51,410 bases of DNA from contig JBMYUM010000001.1 in assembly GCA_049605375.1 (NCBI GenBank), positions 1 to 51,410 of the forward strand, written 5' to 3'. Under the pieces are notes generated by a model. It was not told the origin of the DNA and did no database searches. It saw nothing but the letters and a program-made list of their open reading frames with translations. Of this stretch, positions 42,400 through 51,159 are shown one piece after another. Positions within the stretch are counted from its first letter, which is position 1; each line of letters begins with the position of its first letter. Source of the stretch: Phycisphaerae bacterium. GTDB lineage: Bacteria > Planctomycetota > Phycisphaerae > UBA1845. A program made the position numbers and the translations under genes.

Positions 42400-44148
42400 A
42401 TGAGCGGAAACGACACCAACACGAAGCTCTACCTTCCTATGTCCGGCCAGGATGGTGACGTGGTTTTCGTCGACCGTTCCGCCGGCGGTGCGAATCATCT
42501 CATCCAATCCACCTACGGCGCTCAGCTGTCATCGGATCAAGCCCAGTTCGGGGCGGTAAGTCTACAACTCAACGGTGGCGGTGCACGTCTTGAGGTCCGT
42601 CCGAACCAGGGGTTTCGATTTGGTGCCGGCGACTTCTGCATCGACTTCTGGATGTACCTGGTTTCGCCGGAGCAATGCCACGTGCTGTCGTGGTACCGTG
42701 ATGATGATAACTATCTGGCGATCGAGACGATCCAGGTCAACGGTATGCGGCAGCGGCTGCAATCTCGATTTGTACGGGGCGGTATTGAGAAGTTCACGTG
42801 CACCATGCCGGCTTTCCGGGAGCTGACCAACGCGTGGACACACGTTACGCTCGAACGCTCCGGTACCACCATCAGCATGTATTTCAACGGGGCCTTGCGA
42901 GCTGTCGAGACGGTCGATGCGTCGGTGGAGATTTCGCCGAACGCCTGGCCGTTGTACATCGGTGCGGCGCCTCGACCGTCGGCAACCGGGTTGCAGCGGT
43001 TTCATGGCTTCATCGACTGCTTCCGGATTTCGGATGTGGCGCGTTTCGGTGGTTCGTTCACGCCGCCCACAAGCGAATACACCGGTCGCCAATCCCGTAG
43101 CATCGGTGGCTCCTTCGCTGTTCGCGCGAACACACGTCACACGGTCGGTGGCGAGTACAGTGTGCTGTATCGCCGTCGCAAACTCCTGGCCGGCGGGAGC
43201 TTCCGTGCCAAATCAGCGTTTACTCATAGCGTCGGTGGTGCCTTCAACGTGCGGCGATCGCAATCGAATTCGGTCGGCGGTTTGTTCAATGTGGAGGTAC
43301 GCCGATACAGGCAAGTTTTCGGCGGCACCTATCGTATCCGGCAGCCGCGTACGGTTTCTCTCGGCGGCACGTTCGCGGTGCGGAGCGGAAGATACTCCCG
43401 GTCACTTGGCGGCCGGTTCGATGTGCGTGGGCGATCAAAGGCCTCCATTGGCGGCACGTTCCGAGCGAAACGGCGGTATTCGATCAGCCTCGCCGGTCGT
43501 TACTCGGTCGAGAACACGAACCTCGAAGGGGTCCTTGTATACAGCAAGGTGGGAGCTGACCCGAATCCCGAAGTCGATATCCCGCAGGTGTTTAGCGGCC
43601 TTCCAATCAGTAACCTTGTGCTTAATCAGCAAGAGGGTGTGCACCACATCCTGGTGCAACGTCGCAACCGATACGGGCTTCGGTCGGAAAACCTAATCAC
43701 AGCATTCGTAGAACTCGACAGCGGATTCGCACCTGTCACCCGAAAACCCACCGGCCCGAGAGGGGCAAGCCTGACGGCTGCTGCGGGTGGAACCGTGACC
43801 GTCGAAGCGAGGTACATCCGGGGGGCCGACAAGAGCACGCTTGAAGATCGACGCGCGGATACCTGGCACATCTACCTGCGAAGCGACGGAACGGATCCTG
43901 ATCCGAGTGCAGACACGCCGACTGTGATCGCCATGACGTCCGCCGACGGTATCCCACGACTGTCCTGGACGTCGGCGGCATTTGCCAACGGCGCCACCAT
44001 CAAGGTGATTGTCAGAACCGTACGAAGTAGTGATGGACGCGATGACGGCAATCTTGATATCATGACCGCTACAGCGACTGCGGACGGACCTGCAGCCCCC
44101 AACATCAAGCTCACAGCCGTTGCGGACGGACTTCCGGTATCGGTGTAG
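42400..44148 (+). CDS. tail fibre/spike protein: LamG (concanavalin-A-like lectin) domain + basic short-repeat shaft + C-terminal domain
   Basis: 582 aa. LamG-type pattern DFCIDFWMYL ... WTHVTLERSGTTISMYFNGAL ... LYIGAAP ... FHGFIDCFRISDVARF. Followed by ten repeats of about 14 aa. Confidence 0.7.
   Translation: MSGNDTNTKLYLPMSGQDGDVVFVDRSAGGANHLIQSTYGAQLSSDQAQFGAVSLQLNGGGARLEVRPNQGFRFGAGDFCIDFWMYLVSPEQCHVLSWYRDDDNYLAIETIQVNGMRQRLQSRFVRGGIEKFTCTMPAFRELTNAWTHVTLERSGTTISMYFNGALRAVETVDASVEISPNAWPLYIGAAPRPSATGLQRFHGFIDCFRISDVARFGGSFTPPTSEYTGRQSRSIGGSFAVRANTRHTVGGEYSVLYRRRKLLAGGSFRAKSAFTHSVGGAFNVRRSQSNSVGGLFNVEVRRYRQVFGGTYRIRQPRTVSLGGTFAVRSGRYSRSLGGRFDVRGRSKASIGGTFRAKRRYSISLAGRYSVENTNLEGVLVYSKVGADPNPEVDIPQVFSGLPISNLVLNQQEGVHHILVQRRNRYGLRSENLITAFVELDSGFAPVTRKPTGPRGASLTAAAGGTVTVEARYIRGADKSTLEDRRADTWHIYLRSDGTDPDPSADTPTVIAMTSADGIPRLSWTSAAFANGATIKVIVRTVRSSDGRDDGNLDIMTATATADGPAAPNIKLTAVADGLPVSV
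43090..43510 (+). repeat. about ten in-frame 14-15-codon repeats (x-GG-x-F/Y-x-V/I-R-x5-S)
   Basis: SIGGSFAVRANTRHT / VGGEYSVLYRRRKLL / AGGSFRAKSAFTHS / VGGAFNVRRSQSNS / VGGLFNVEVRRYRQV / FGGTYRIRQPRTVS / LGGTFAVRSGRYSRS / LGGRFDVRGRSKAS / IGGTFRAKRRYSIS / LAGRYSVENTN. Confidence 0.7.
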
Positions 44149-44151
44149 TGC

Positions 44152-46287
44152 ATGGCCCTTATCACAATTTCAGGCGGAACGACGATCGGTGCCGGCGGCT
44201 CGGTACCGAAGTCGTATGCTCACGTCTATCTCCGCAAGAAATGGGGGGATGACTGGCGCCGGTTCAATGAGATCATCGCACTGGAAGCTGTACGCCGTGC
44301 CTGGCCGGCTCGCAGCGAAGCCCGCCTCCAAATCAATGTTGGTGACATCAAACGAAACGATGTGGCAAATTTCCAGTTCCGGCCATTCGCTCACGACTTT
44401 GCGGCCGGGTGGCAAGATCATTACGTGGCTCTCGTTGCTGTGCCGGAACAAGGCACGCCATACACGTTTTGGTGCGGCTACATTCCACACCAGGAAGTCG
44501 GACTCGGTGGCGAACGTGAAGTCAATTCTCAGATTCAGTGGGAAGCTGACATCGTCATGACGGCGTACGGACTCGATTACCTCCTGGAGAGACGAGAGAT
44601 CGAGCCCCTCGGCGGTTCATGGTTCCGCGAGATCACCGTCGACCAGGTCGACCGCATCGACTGGCGTCCTGACTTCAACCGCGCCCATCCGCTCGGTAAC
44701 TACCTGCAGGGTAATCGATCGGACTTCCAATATTCGTTCCAGCCGCCCGGTGGCGGTCCTCCACAAGACGCTTATGTGTTTGGTGCGTACAACGACTCAT
44801 CAGTCTGGTCCGCACGCGACATCATCGAATACGCCCTGGTCGGGTCGCAATCAACAATTTCGCCGAACGACGAGCCGCACTTCTTCCTTGGTGGCCCGGC
44901 CGATGCTCAGAGTTTTCTGGGGGAGATGAAACGCACCATCAACCATGAAGGCAACTCGGTGCGCAGCCTCATCGAGAAGCTCGTTGATCGTCGACGAGGC
45001 CTTCACCTGTGGACCAGCTTCCAGCAGACCGACCAGGACGGCATCATGCTTCCCGATGGTCCGGTCGAGATCGTCGTGGAAAGTCTGGCGAAAGATCCGA
45101 TCGCAATCGGTGATGTCACGCTGCCGGCCAATCCGTCGGGTGTTGATCTCGCCGTTGCGGATGCTCTGGAGATCGAAGAATCGACGGTGACTTTTGACAG
45201 TGTTACGACCTACGACCGGATCGTGGTCACCGGGGAACGCGTCGTTAGCTGTTTCACGCTGGGATTCCTGGGGACGATGGGAGCGGATTACAAGCAGATC
45301 ATTCCAGCCTGGTCCTCGGCCATGGAAACGACCTACCAGGAACTCACCGATCAGGAGCGATCCAATCTCGACGAGGTCAGTGCGGTTTACCGGCTGTTTC
45401 GCATTCCCAGCGACTTTGATTGGTTCCAGGGCGATGCACTGGCTCTACAAACACTGATTCCAAACTTCGATGCCAATGGCAACATCACCTTTGACGATGC
45501 CCAGCAGCCGGCACCATGGAATCGATACGTTCGTATTCTCCCGAGTCTTCCGCTGACCAAACGAACGGATCAGCTGGCCGAGCAGCAGGAACTACGTTTC
45601 GATAAACCGTTTGCGATCGTCGAAGTTCTCGACGAGGACGGCGCGCCCACGGGGCGATGGGAATTTGTGGATGCGAAACACGAAGACGGCGTACCATCTG
45701 CCACGGTGACGCCCGGTGATCGCGGCGGCACTATCGAAATCAAGTTTGGTCCTGCTCACCTTCTCGCCCGCAATCATTTTGATCCTGATGCGGATCCGAA
45801 TTTCCAACCAACCGAGACCGATCCCGCATTCGATTACGAACGGATGCTTGTCACGATCGCTGTTGAGGTCGACACGCGGAGCAAGGTCGATGTTGTCTTG
45901 GGTAGTGGGAGCCGGACGCTTGTGATCCACGTGCCGGATGCTCATGTATGGGTGACGTCGCCATTCACGGTGGATGGGTTGGGCGTGACGCGCATACCGC
46001 ACACCTACGTCGGGCCACGTGTGGTACGTGATGACACCCGTCGCCTGCGTGAAGTCGCCGCGGCCGCCAGGGCGTGGTACGGCGGCGATCGTCGCGCGAT
46101 CAACATTCGCGAACATGGCATCTTCTCACCGCTCCCGCTCGGCACGATGGTTTCAACGATCCAAATGGAAGGGGAGCAGAAGGAAGTCAACACCGTGGTC
46201 ACGGAGCAGAAATGGGATCTGGACTCAAGAGAACCCGCGACATCGATTCGAACGGGGTTTACCGAAATCGACCTGGGAGGCCGCTAG
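44152..46287 (+). CDS. large distal tail protein (host-specificity/hub-position)
   Basis: 711 aa. Starts 4 nt after the LamG gene. No motif recognised. Size and position resemble gpJ-like or hub proteins. Confidence 0.55.
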   Translation: MALITISGGTTIGAGGSVPKSYAHVYLRKKWGDDWRRFNEIIALEAVRRAWPARSEARLQINVGDIKRNDVANFQFRPFAHDFAAGWQDHYVALVAVPEQGTPYTFWCGYIPHQEVGLGGEREVNSQIQWEADIVMTAYGLDYLLERREIEPLGGSWFREITVDQVDRIDWRPDFNRAHPLGNYLQGNRSDFQYSFQPPGGGPPQDAYVFGAYNDSSVWSARDIIEYALVGSQSTISPNDEPHFFLGGPADAQSFLGEMKRTINHEGNSVRSLIEKLVDRRRGLHLWTSFQQTDQDGIMLPDGPVEIVVESLAKDPIAIGDVTLPANPSGVDLAVADALEIEESTVTFDSVTTYDRIVVTGERVVSCFTLGFLGTMGADYKQIIPAWSSAMETTYQELTDQERSNLDEVSAVYRLFRIPSDFDWFQGDALALQTLIPNFDANGNITFDDAQQPAPWNRYVRILPSLPLTKRTDQLAEQQELRFDKPFAIVEVLDEDGAPTGRWEFVDAKHEDGVPSATVTPGDRGGTIEIKFGPAHLLARNHFDPDADPNFQPTETDPAFDYERMLVTIAVEVDTRSKVDVVLGSGSRTLVIHVPDAHVWVTSPFTVDGLGVTRIPHTYVGPRVVRDDTRRLREVAAAARAWYGGDRRAINIREHGIFSPLPLGTMVSTIQMEGEQKEVNTVVTEQKWDLDSREPATSIRTGFTEIDLGGR

Positions 46288-46288
46288 C

Positions 46289-46792
46289 ATGCACATGCGG
46301 GAGATGGAATCGAAGATGCGCGAGATGAAGCGCGAGCTTGACCAGATGCGTAGACAGCTGGTGGAGCTGCCATCGCGTTTCGCTGACCCCGGTGGTGGCG
46401 CGCAGTCCGTCGTCCGGAATTTCCGCGTCGTCGAAATCCCAAGCGACACCGCCATCTGGCTGTATGCCGAACGGGTGGTTCGTGGTCCTGATTACGGCAA
46501 TGTTGCCAGTCCGGACTACGGCCGCTGGATCGGACTCAGTGAGAAGAACGGTACAACGATCGCGGATGAGCGTGAGCAAATCAACATTGATGGGGGTATC
46601 CCGGCCGGTGCCTACGCCGAATTCATCCTCTGTTGGGGCGCCAATGATGTGACCACGCGGGCAACGCCCATCCTGAAGGCCTTCAAAATTGATGGTGCCT
46701 GGCACCTTCATCATCCGTTCTTTGGCGTGCCGGTGTTGGAACTCGATCCGAACGCTCAAATCAACGACTGCGTGATTCCGGGGGTTAAGTGA
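46289..46792 (+). CDS. tail-associated protein with N-terminal coiled coil
   Basis: ATG 46289 follows GGGAGG (46275-46280). MHMREMESKMREMKRELDQMRRQL. 167 aa. Confidence 0.55.
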   Translation: MHMREMESKMREMKRELDQMRRQLVELPSRFADPGGGAQSVVRNFRVVEIPSDTAIWLYAERVVRGPDYGNVASPDYGRWIGLSEKNGTTIADEREQINIDGGIPAGAYAEFILCWGANDVTTRATPILKAFKIDGAWHLHHPFFGVPVLELDPNAQINDCVIPGVK

Positions 46793-47925
46793 TGGCTGGA
46801 GGTCTGGGCGCATGCTGTACGCCGCACCTGCCGGTGGGGTGCTTCAATTTTTCGACGAAGGCGCAGTGCGATGAGGTGGGAGGTCTGTGGCAGGGCCACG
46901 GTACAAGCTGCGCCACAACCGATTGCGATTCCGTACTCTGTAGCTGCTGTGACAACAACCCGGAACCGAATGTCTGCATACCGGGGCTGACGGTTGCCGA
47001 ATGCCATTCAGTACCCGGCCGCCAGGCGCGCGGGCCGGTGGGGTGTCCGCCTGATGTGTGTCCACAAGGGCAGATCATCGCCTGCTGCGATCCGTTCACC
47101 GGTGTGTGTATGAACTACACCGAGCAAGAGTGCTTCGAGCGTGGCGGCTGTCCTGTGGGGGCATTCCAGGATTGCACCACCGTCGACTGTTTCAATGACG
47201 TTCCGGTCGGCTGTTGCATCCCGAATGAGCAGACCGGGGAAACCGACTGCCTCGGTTCGGAGTTTCAGCTTTCATCGAATCAATGCCAGCAGATTGGCGG
47301 CACACCGTTTTGCCCTGGATTCTGCACGGAGGATTCCTGCGGCACGATCCCGGGCCTGGGCGCTTGTTGCCGGCAGAATGGTACGTGCTTCCTCGGTACG
47401 GAGCAGGAGTGCATCGATGCATTTGGCGAATTCCAGGGGGAGGGCACCACGTGCGACTTCGGTGCGTGCAATGACGAACAGACCGTCAAGGAATGCCGGA
47501 CCAGGCTGGCGCCATACTACGAAGCCGGCGACAAGCAATACAGCACGGACATTTGTGCGGGGGCGTATATCGGTTTTGCGGTCGAACCCGATCACAACGA
47601 AGACAGTATTGTGGGCCTGTTCAAACCAACCACCCTCCACGAAACCCGATCAACCGACGTTCAACAAATCGATGCCGATCCGTGCCGGTACCATCGAGCC
47701 TATCTGATGCTCAAGCCAAGCGGAAAGCCGGTACTCGCACTCTGCAGCAAGCATGACGGCGAAGACGTCGTGAACCTCGGCGGTTTCGCGATTCAGCCGA
47801 ACATGGAAGACATCAATGGGTTGCTCGAACCAGGCCAAGCTGTCGGCATCTGCGCTACCGAAAATCCACGGCACGGTGAAGTGCAGTTCAATGCCGGTAT
47901 CGCCTACTGCGACATTCCGGCTTAG
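46789..47925 (+). CDS. Cys-rich modular tail-fibre/receptor-binding candidate
   Basis: 378 aa. By my count there are 33 Cys in the first 227 residues. They form five modules of the type (G/I)ACC-x5-7-C-x7-8-C-x4-6-GG-x-(W/F)-x-G-x-G-T-x-C-x3-4-C. The C-terminal approximately 150 aa have fewer Cys. Confidence 0.65.
   Translation: MMAGGLGACCTPHLPVGCFNFSTKAQCDEVGGLWQGHGTSCATTDCDSVLCSCCDNNPEPNVCIPGLTVAECHSVPGRQARGPVGCPPDVCPQGQIIACCDPFTGVCMNYTEQECFERGGCPVGAFQDCTTVDCFNDVPVGCCIPNEQTGETDCLGSEFQLSSNQCQQIGGTPFCPGFCTEDSCGTIPGLGACCRQNGTCFLGTEQECIDAFGEFQGEGTTCDFGACNDEQTVKECRTRLAPYYEAGDKQYSTDICAGAYIGFAVEPDHNEDSIVGLFKPTTLHETRSTDVQQIDADPCRYHRAYLMLKPSGKPVLALCSKHDGEDVVNLGGFAIQPNMEDINGLLEPGQAVGICATENPRHGEVQFNAGIAYCDIPA
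46807..47469 (+). repeat. five degenerate Cys-rich protein modules (about 40-45 codons each)
   Basis: Modules begin at GACCTPHL, CSCCDNNP, IACCDPFT, VGCCIPNE and GACCRQNG. Confidence 0.6.
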
Positions 47926-47936
47926 GAGAAGTTGCC

Positions 47937-49598
47937 ATGGGACTCCAAACAGGATGCAACGGGCAATGCTGCTTCACTGAAGGCCCACCGGATGCGAACA
48001 TTTGCTTCGCGGTATTGGGTGATCTATTCACTAATGACCAGACCACTTTTGAGCATGAGAGCTGCTTCACTCGTATCGCGGACACGATTCCGAATGCCGA
48101 TTGTGTTGGCTGTGATGTTGGCTGCGATCCGGGCATCGACACGCCGGACCAGCTGATCTTCCAGGCGGCCGGCTTGCAAGGCAACCGGTTCCTTCGTCCG
48201 CATCCTGTTCTGCACTGCAGGGACGCCAAAGGCCGCATTGTCGATCTCGTGGCCAACGAGCCCATCCTCATCAATCGGCAATGCACATGGCAGCACGGCG
48301 CCGGGTACCGGCAACTCAATGCCTTCAGTGCGGAAGAGTGTTTCGGGTTCCACCCCTGCGAGCTTTGGCCGGACGAACCCTGTGACCAGGTCACACCCGA
48401 GAATCCGATCTACGTTCGGCCGGGCTACCAGGTTTCCGGAAACATGACGATCGGTAACGGATATCCCTACCGCCCGACGGACGCCACTGGGAACAAGCGA
48501 CTGTTATGCCGGAAGTTCACCGACGCTCCGGTTGATTTTGACATACTGGTTCGCCTGACGGATTACATGACGTTCTTCCTGCGGGTTGGCAGCTATACGG
48601 GCAATCGACTGATTCCCTGTGCGGCCAACGTCGCCCCGGGAAGCGTATGCGATTTTCTGCTCGATGGTGTGCCGAGCGGTTGTGCCGGCATCAACCGCGA
48701 AACCCAAACGCGCTACGCACCGTCGCCTTGCGACAAGATCTTCGATGAGGTGGTATGCGATCTATCCGGAGCGTTTATCCGCGAACACTCATACATCGAC
48801 GAAGAAGAGCGAGAACGGGTGGCACTCAAGAACCTGGTGCTCGCAAAGGTCGCAAGCTCACAATTTGGATTGGGGTTGCCGGTTGCTCAACGGACACGAT
48901 TCGATCGACTCGATCACGGAGCGGCACAAGGATCGAACCAGTTCTTTGGTAGCTACGCTCGCAGCTACAACGGGCTCGGCGCCGAGACCATAGATGATAT
49001 GGTGAAGGTCGCCGACCTGGTCGGGCGTACCAGTTTCGGCAACTGCCAGCTGACCGGGGAGCTTGTCATCACGCGCGTCGATGTGGTCGCATGGATGGTG
49101 CTCCATCTTGGTTCGCGCCGCGTACCTGTGCAAGCGCCCGAACCCGGAGCCGACTTGTATCTTTCGCCGCACGCGGTCATTGAGATCGAAGTCGATCTGG
49201 CGATTCGTGCGACACTCGAATCAGGTTGTCAATTTGCTGGCGAGGATGTTGCGATGGTTATCGATCCTCTGCATAGCCAGTTCCCTGCGGTAACACCCAC
49301 AGGCAACAGCATCAACTGGATGCACAACGGTGTCTCGGTCATGCCGCCGAAACGCGTTCGATGGCTCGGCCAGCTCAACAGTTTTTCGGAGCCGGCCGCA
49401 CCGTCGTATCTACTCGATCCGTCGACGCCATCAGCTGTCGGTGAGCAATGCAAGTACACGGCCGAGCTGCTCGGCCCGATTGTCGTGCCGGGCACGGCCT
49501 CCAATCTGGATACCAGTCCGGCGGACCGCAACAAGCATTACGATGGAAGCATCATACTGAGGTTTGATCAGACCAATGGATACCAACTCTGCAATTAG
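47937..49598 (+). CDS. large tail-fibre-associated protein with Cys-rich N-terminus
   Basis: AGGAGA (47924-47929) then ATG 47937. 553 aa. N-terminus GCNGQCCFTEGPPDANIC ... CVGCDVGC. Confidence 0.6.
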   Translation: MGLQTGCNGQCCFTEGPPDANICFAVLGDLFTNDQTTFEHESCFTRIADTIPNADCVGCDVGCDPGIDTPDQLIFQAAGLQGNRFLRPHPVLHCRDAKGRIVDLVANEPILINRQCTWQHGAGYRQLNAFSAEECFGFHPCELWPDEPCDQVTPENPIYVRPGYQVSGNMTIGNGYPYRPTDATGNKRLLCRKFTDAPVDFDILVRLTDYMTFFLRVGSYTGNRLIPCAANVAPGSVCDFLLDGVPSGCAGINRETQTRYAPSPCDKIFDEVVCDLSGAFIREHSYIDEEERERVALKNLVLAKVASSQFGLGLPVAQRTRFDRLDHGAAQGSNQFFGSYARSYNGLGAETIDDMVKVADLVGRTSFGNCQLTGELVITRVDVVAWMVLHLGSRRVPVQAPEPGADLYLSPHAVIEIEVDLAIRATLESGCQFAGEDVAMVIDPLHSQFPAVTPTGNSINWMHNGVSVMPPKRVRWLGQLNSFSEPAAPSYLLDPSTPSAVGEQCKYTAELLGPIVVPGTASNLDTSPADRNKHYDGSIILRFDQTNGYQLCN

Positions 49599-50190
49599 CG
49601 AACTGCCTCCGGAAGTTCAAGCGTCATTCGGCGAGATCCCTCCACCCAAGCCGAAACCGGAGCCGAAGGTGGCTCTTGAGAGAACGGAAGGACCGGTACC
49701 TCCGAAGCGGGAGAGAGTGCCGCGAGAAAAGGTGCCGCCGCCAGCCTGGTTGCAGAAGGAACCGCATGAGCCGTGGCACAATCTGACGCACCACATCAAG
49801 CGCGGGTTGAGGTTCTTCCACCTGGCCACGTCGTATCTGATCTGGCGCATGTCGCCGAAGGTCAGTGAAGCAGTCCAGGAGGCGAGAAACGAACTCTGCA
49901 TAAATGAATGCCGGTTTCACACTAAACGTGACGATCACGTCTGGTGCAAGCTCTGTGGGTGTGCTCAGGTTCCGGGAGCCGATGTGCGTATCAAGAATGG
50001 GCGGAAAGCACACAACTGCCCGATCGGCCTTCACGATGGCAGTCGGCCGACGATCGAGGGCAAGAAGTACGCTTACGCGTTGGTCAAGCTGAAACACCCC
50101 AACGTCGACGTGGTATCGAAGCAAAAGAAGGGCTGCCCGCACGGGAACTGCGGAAAAAAGAAAAAGACTGCGGCACCTGAATCGGGGTAA
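49576..50190 (+). CDS. Pro/Lys-rich then Cys/His-rich protein
   Basis: About 204 aa from ATG 49576; the ORF track uses TTG 49564. PPPKPKPEPK linker, one hydrophobic segment (LRFFHLATSYLIW), then CINECRFH ... WCKLCGC ... HNCPIGLH ... CPHGNCG. Confidence 0.5.
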   Translation: MDTNSAISELPPEVQASFGEIPPPKPKPEPKVALERTEGPVPPKRERVPREKVPPPAWLQKEPHEPWHNLTHHIKRGLRFFHLATSYLIWRMSPKVSEAVQEARNELCINECRFHTKRDDHVWCKLCGCAQVPGADVRIKNGRKAHNCPIGLHDGSRPTIEGKKYAYALVKLKHPNVDVVSKQKKGCPHGNCGKKKKTAAPESG

Positions 50191-50457
50191 GAGAAGGAAC
50201 GAGGTGCCGCAGTGTGAAGCGAATCGAATTCAGAGGAGCCTCACACTCACCTATATGCTTTTCGACCATCAAATCTGATCGAGAATATTGTGTGTATTTT
50301 GGGGCGCGTTGTTTTTAGGAACCGTGACCCCCTCGGTCGGTCGGGAAGAAGGAACTCTCTTCAGGGGGCCACGGCCCGAAGCGAGTGCAGCCAAAAGACT
50401 ACACACATGAGTTTGTAATAGAGGGCGAGGGGATAAGTCACGGATAATCCGTGTGCG

Positions 50458-50925
50458 TTATGTGGCGCGCGTGTGGGGTGAACCGCCGGCCGCTTGATTC
50501 GGATGCGTTCTTTCTTTCGTATTCCACTTTGGTTTTGCGATCCAGTAGATCAGTGCGATCAAAATCGCATTCGATACCAGAATTGAGAGCAGCAAGGTCG
50601 CAATAGCCTCTGCCACTCCAAGTCCGTCCAGCATGATTATGGCTACCGGTGACAACACAAGAAAAGTCACGAAGAGAACCAGGGCCGCGCCAACAATCAC
50701 ACACAAAACAAGAGCGATTACACCTATTGACTTTACGAGGTAGATTAGCTCACCCTCGAATTTCGAAAGTATTGAACTTGAAACGCCAGGGTTTTCGTTC
50801 TCACTTGGTCGAGTGTACCTGGGAGCTTTCTTCGGTGGCGGACCGTCATGCATTTGTTGGATCTTCTCAGCCTCCAGCTGCTCCAACGTGAGCGGCTTTG
50901 TATCATTGGATCGATCATCTGACAT
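50458..50925 (-). CDS. membrane protein (3 TM), AT-richer; prophage cargo or flanking gene
   Basis: ATG 50925 lies 7 nt after GGAG. 155 aa. Hydrophilic N-terminus, then IGVIALVLCVIVGAALVLFVTFLVL, VAIIMLDGLGVAEAIATLLLSIL and AILIALIYWIA. Confidence 0.5.
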   Translation of the reverse strand: MSDDRSNDTKPLTLEQLEAEKIQQMHDGPPPKKAPRYTRPSENENPGVSSSILSKFEGELIYLVKSIGVIALVLCVIVGAALVLFVTFLVLSPVAIIMLDGLGVAEAIATLLLSILVSNAILIALIYWIAKPKWNTKERTHPNQAAGGSPHTRAT

Positions 50926-51159
50926 TTCATTACTCCAGGGCAATGACTTGGGAACTGTTGAGCATTCGGCAGAAACCGAACAGCGCCAATATATATGCTT
51001 CGAACGGCACCTATGTAACCCATTCTCTTCGATCAAAAAATCTATGCCCGCAAGGGCGTGTCCATTCGTAGGCGCCCGCTGGGGAATGCACTAGCATCGA
51101 GACTGGTCGGAGGGGTGCGTCTAACTATTGATTAAGGCGTCCTAGGAAGAGGGGTTTCT

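Noticed and set aside
42262-42507. 81-aa minus-strand ORF covering the palindrome cluster
   Set aside because: It is generated by the palindromes themselves, overlaps the LamG gene start and has no RBS. I interpret the region as regulatory or non-coding.
42917-43696. 259-aa alternative-frame ORF through the LamG-protein repeat region
   Set aside because: It is an artefact of the repeat composition. The annotated frame carries the LamG motifs and a regular repeat pattern.
42400-49598. Diversity-generating retroelement targeting the lectin-like/Cys-rich receptor-binding genes
   Set aside because: There is no reverse transcriptase gene anywhere in the window. I saw no template-repeat/variable-repeat pair with adenine-specific differences.
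50170-50211. GCGGCACCT ... AGGTGCCGC inverted repeat at the end of the last tail-region gene as an intrinsic terminator
   Set aside because: The loop is 24 nt and spans the stop codon, and no U-run follows. This is too weak to call.
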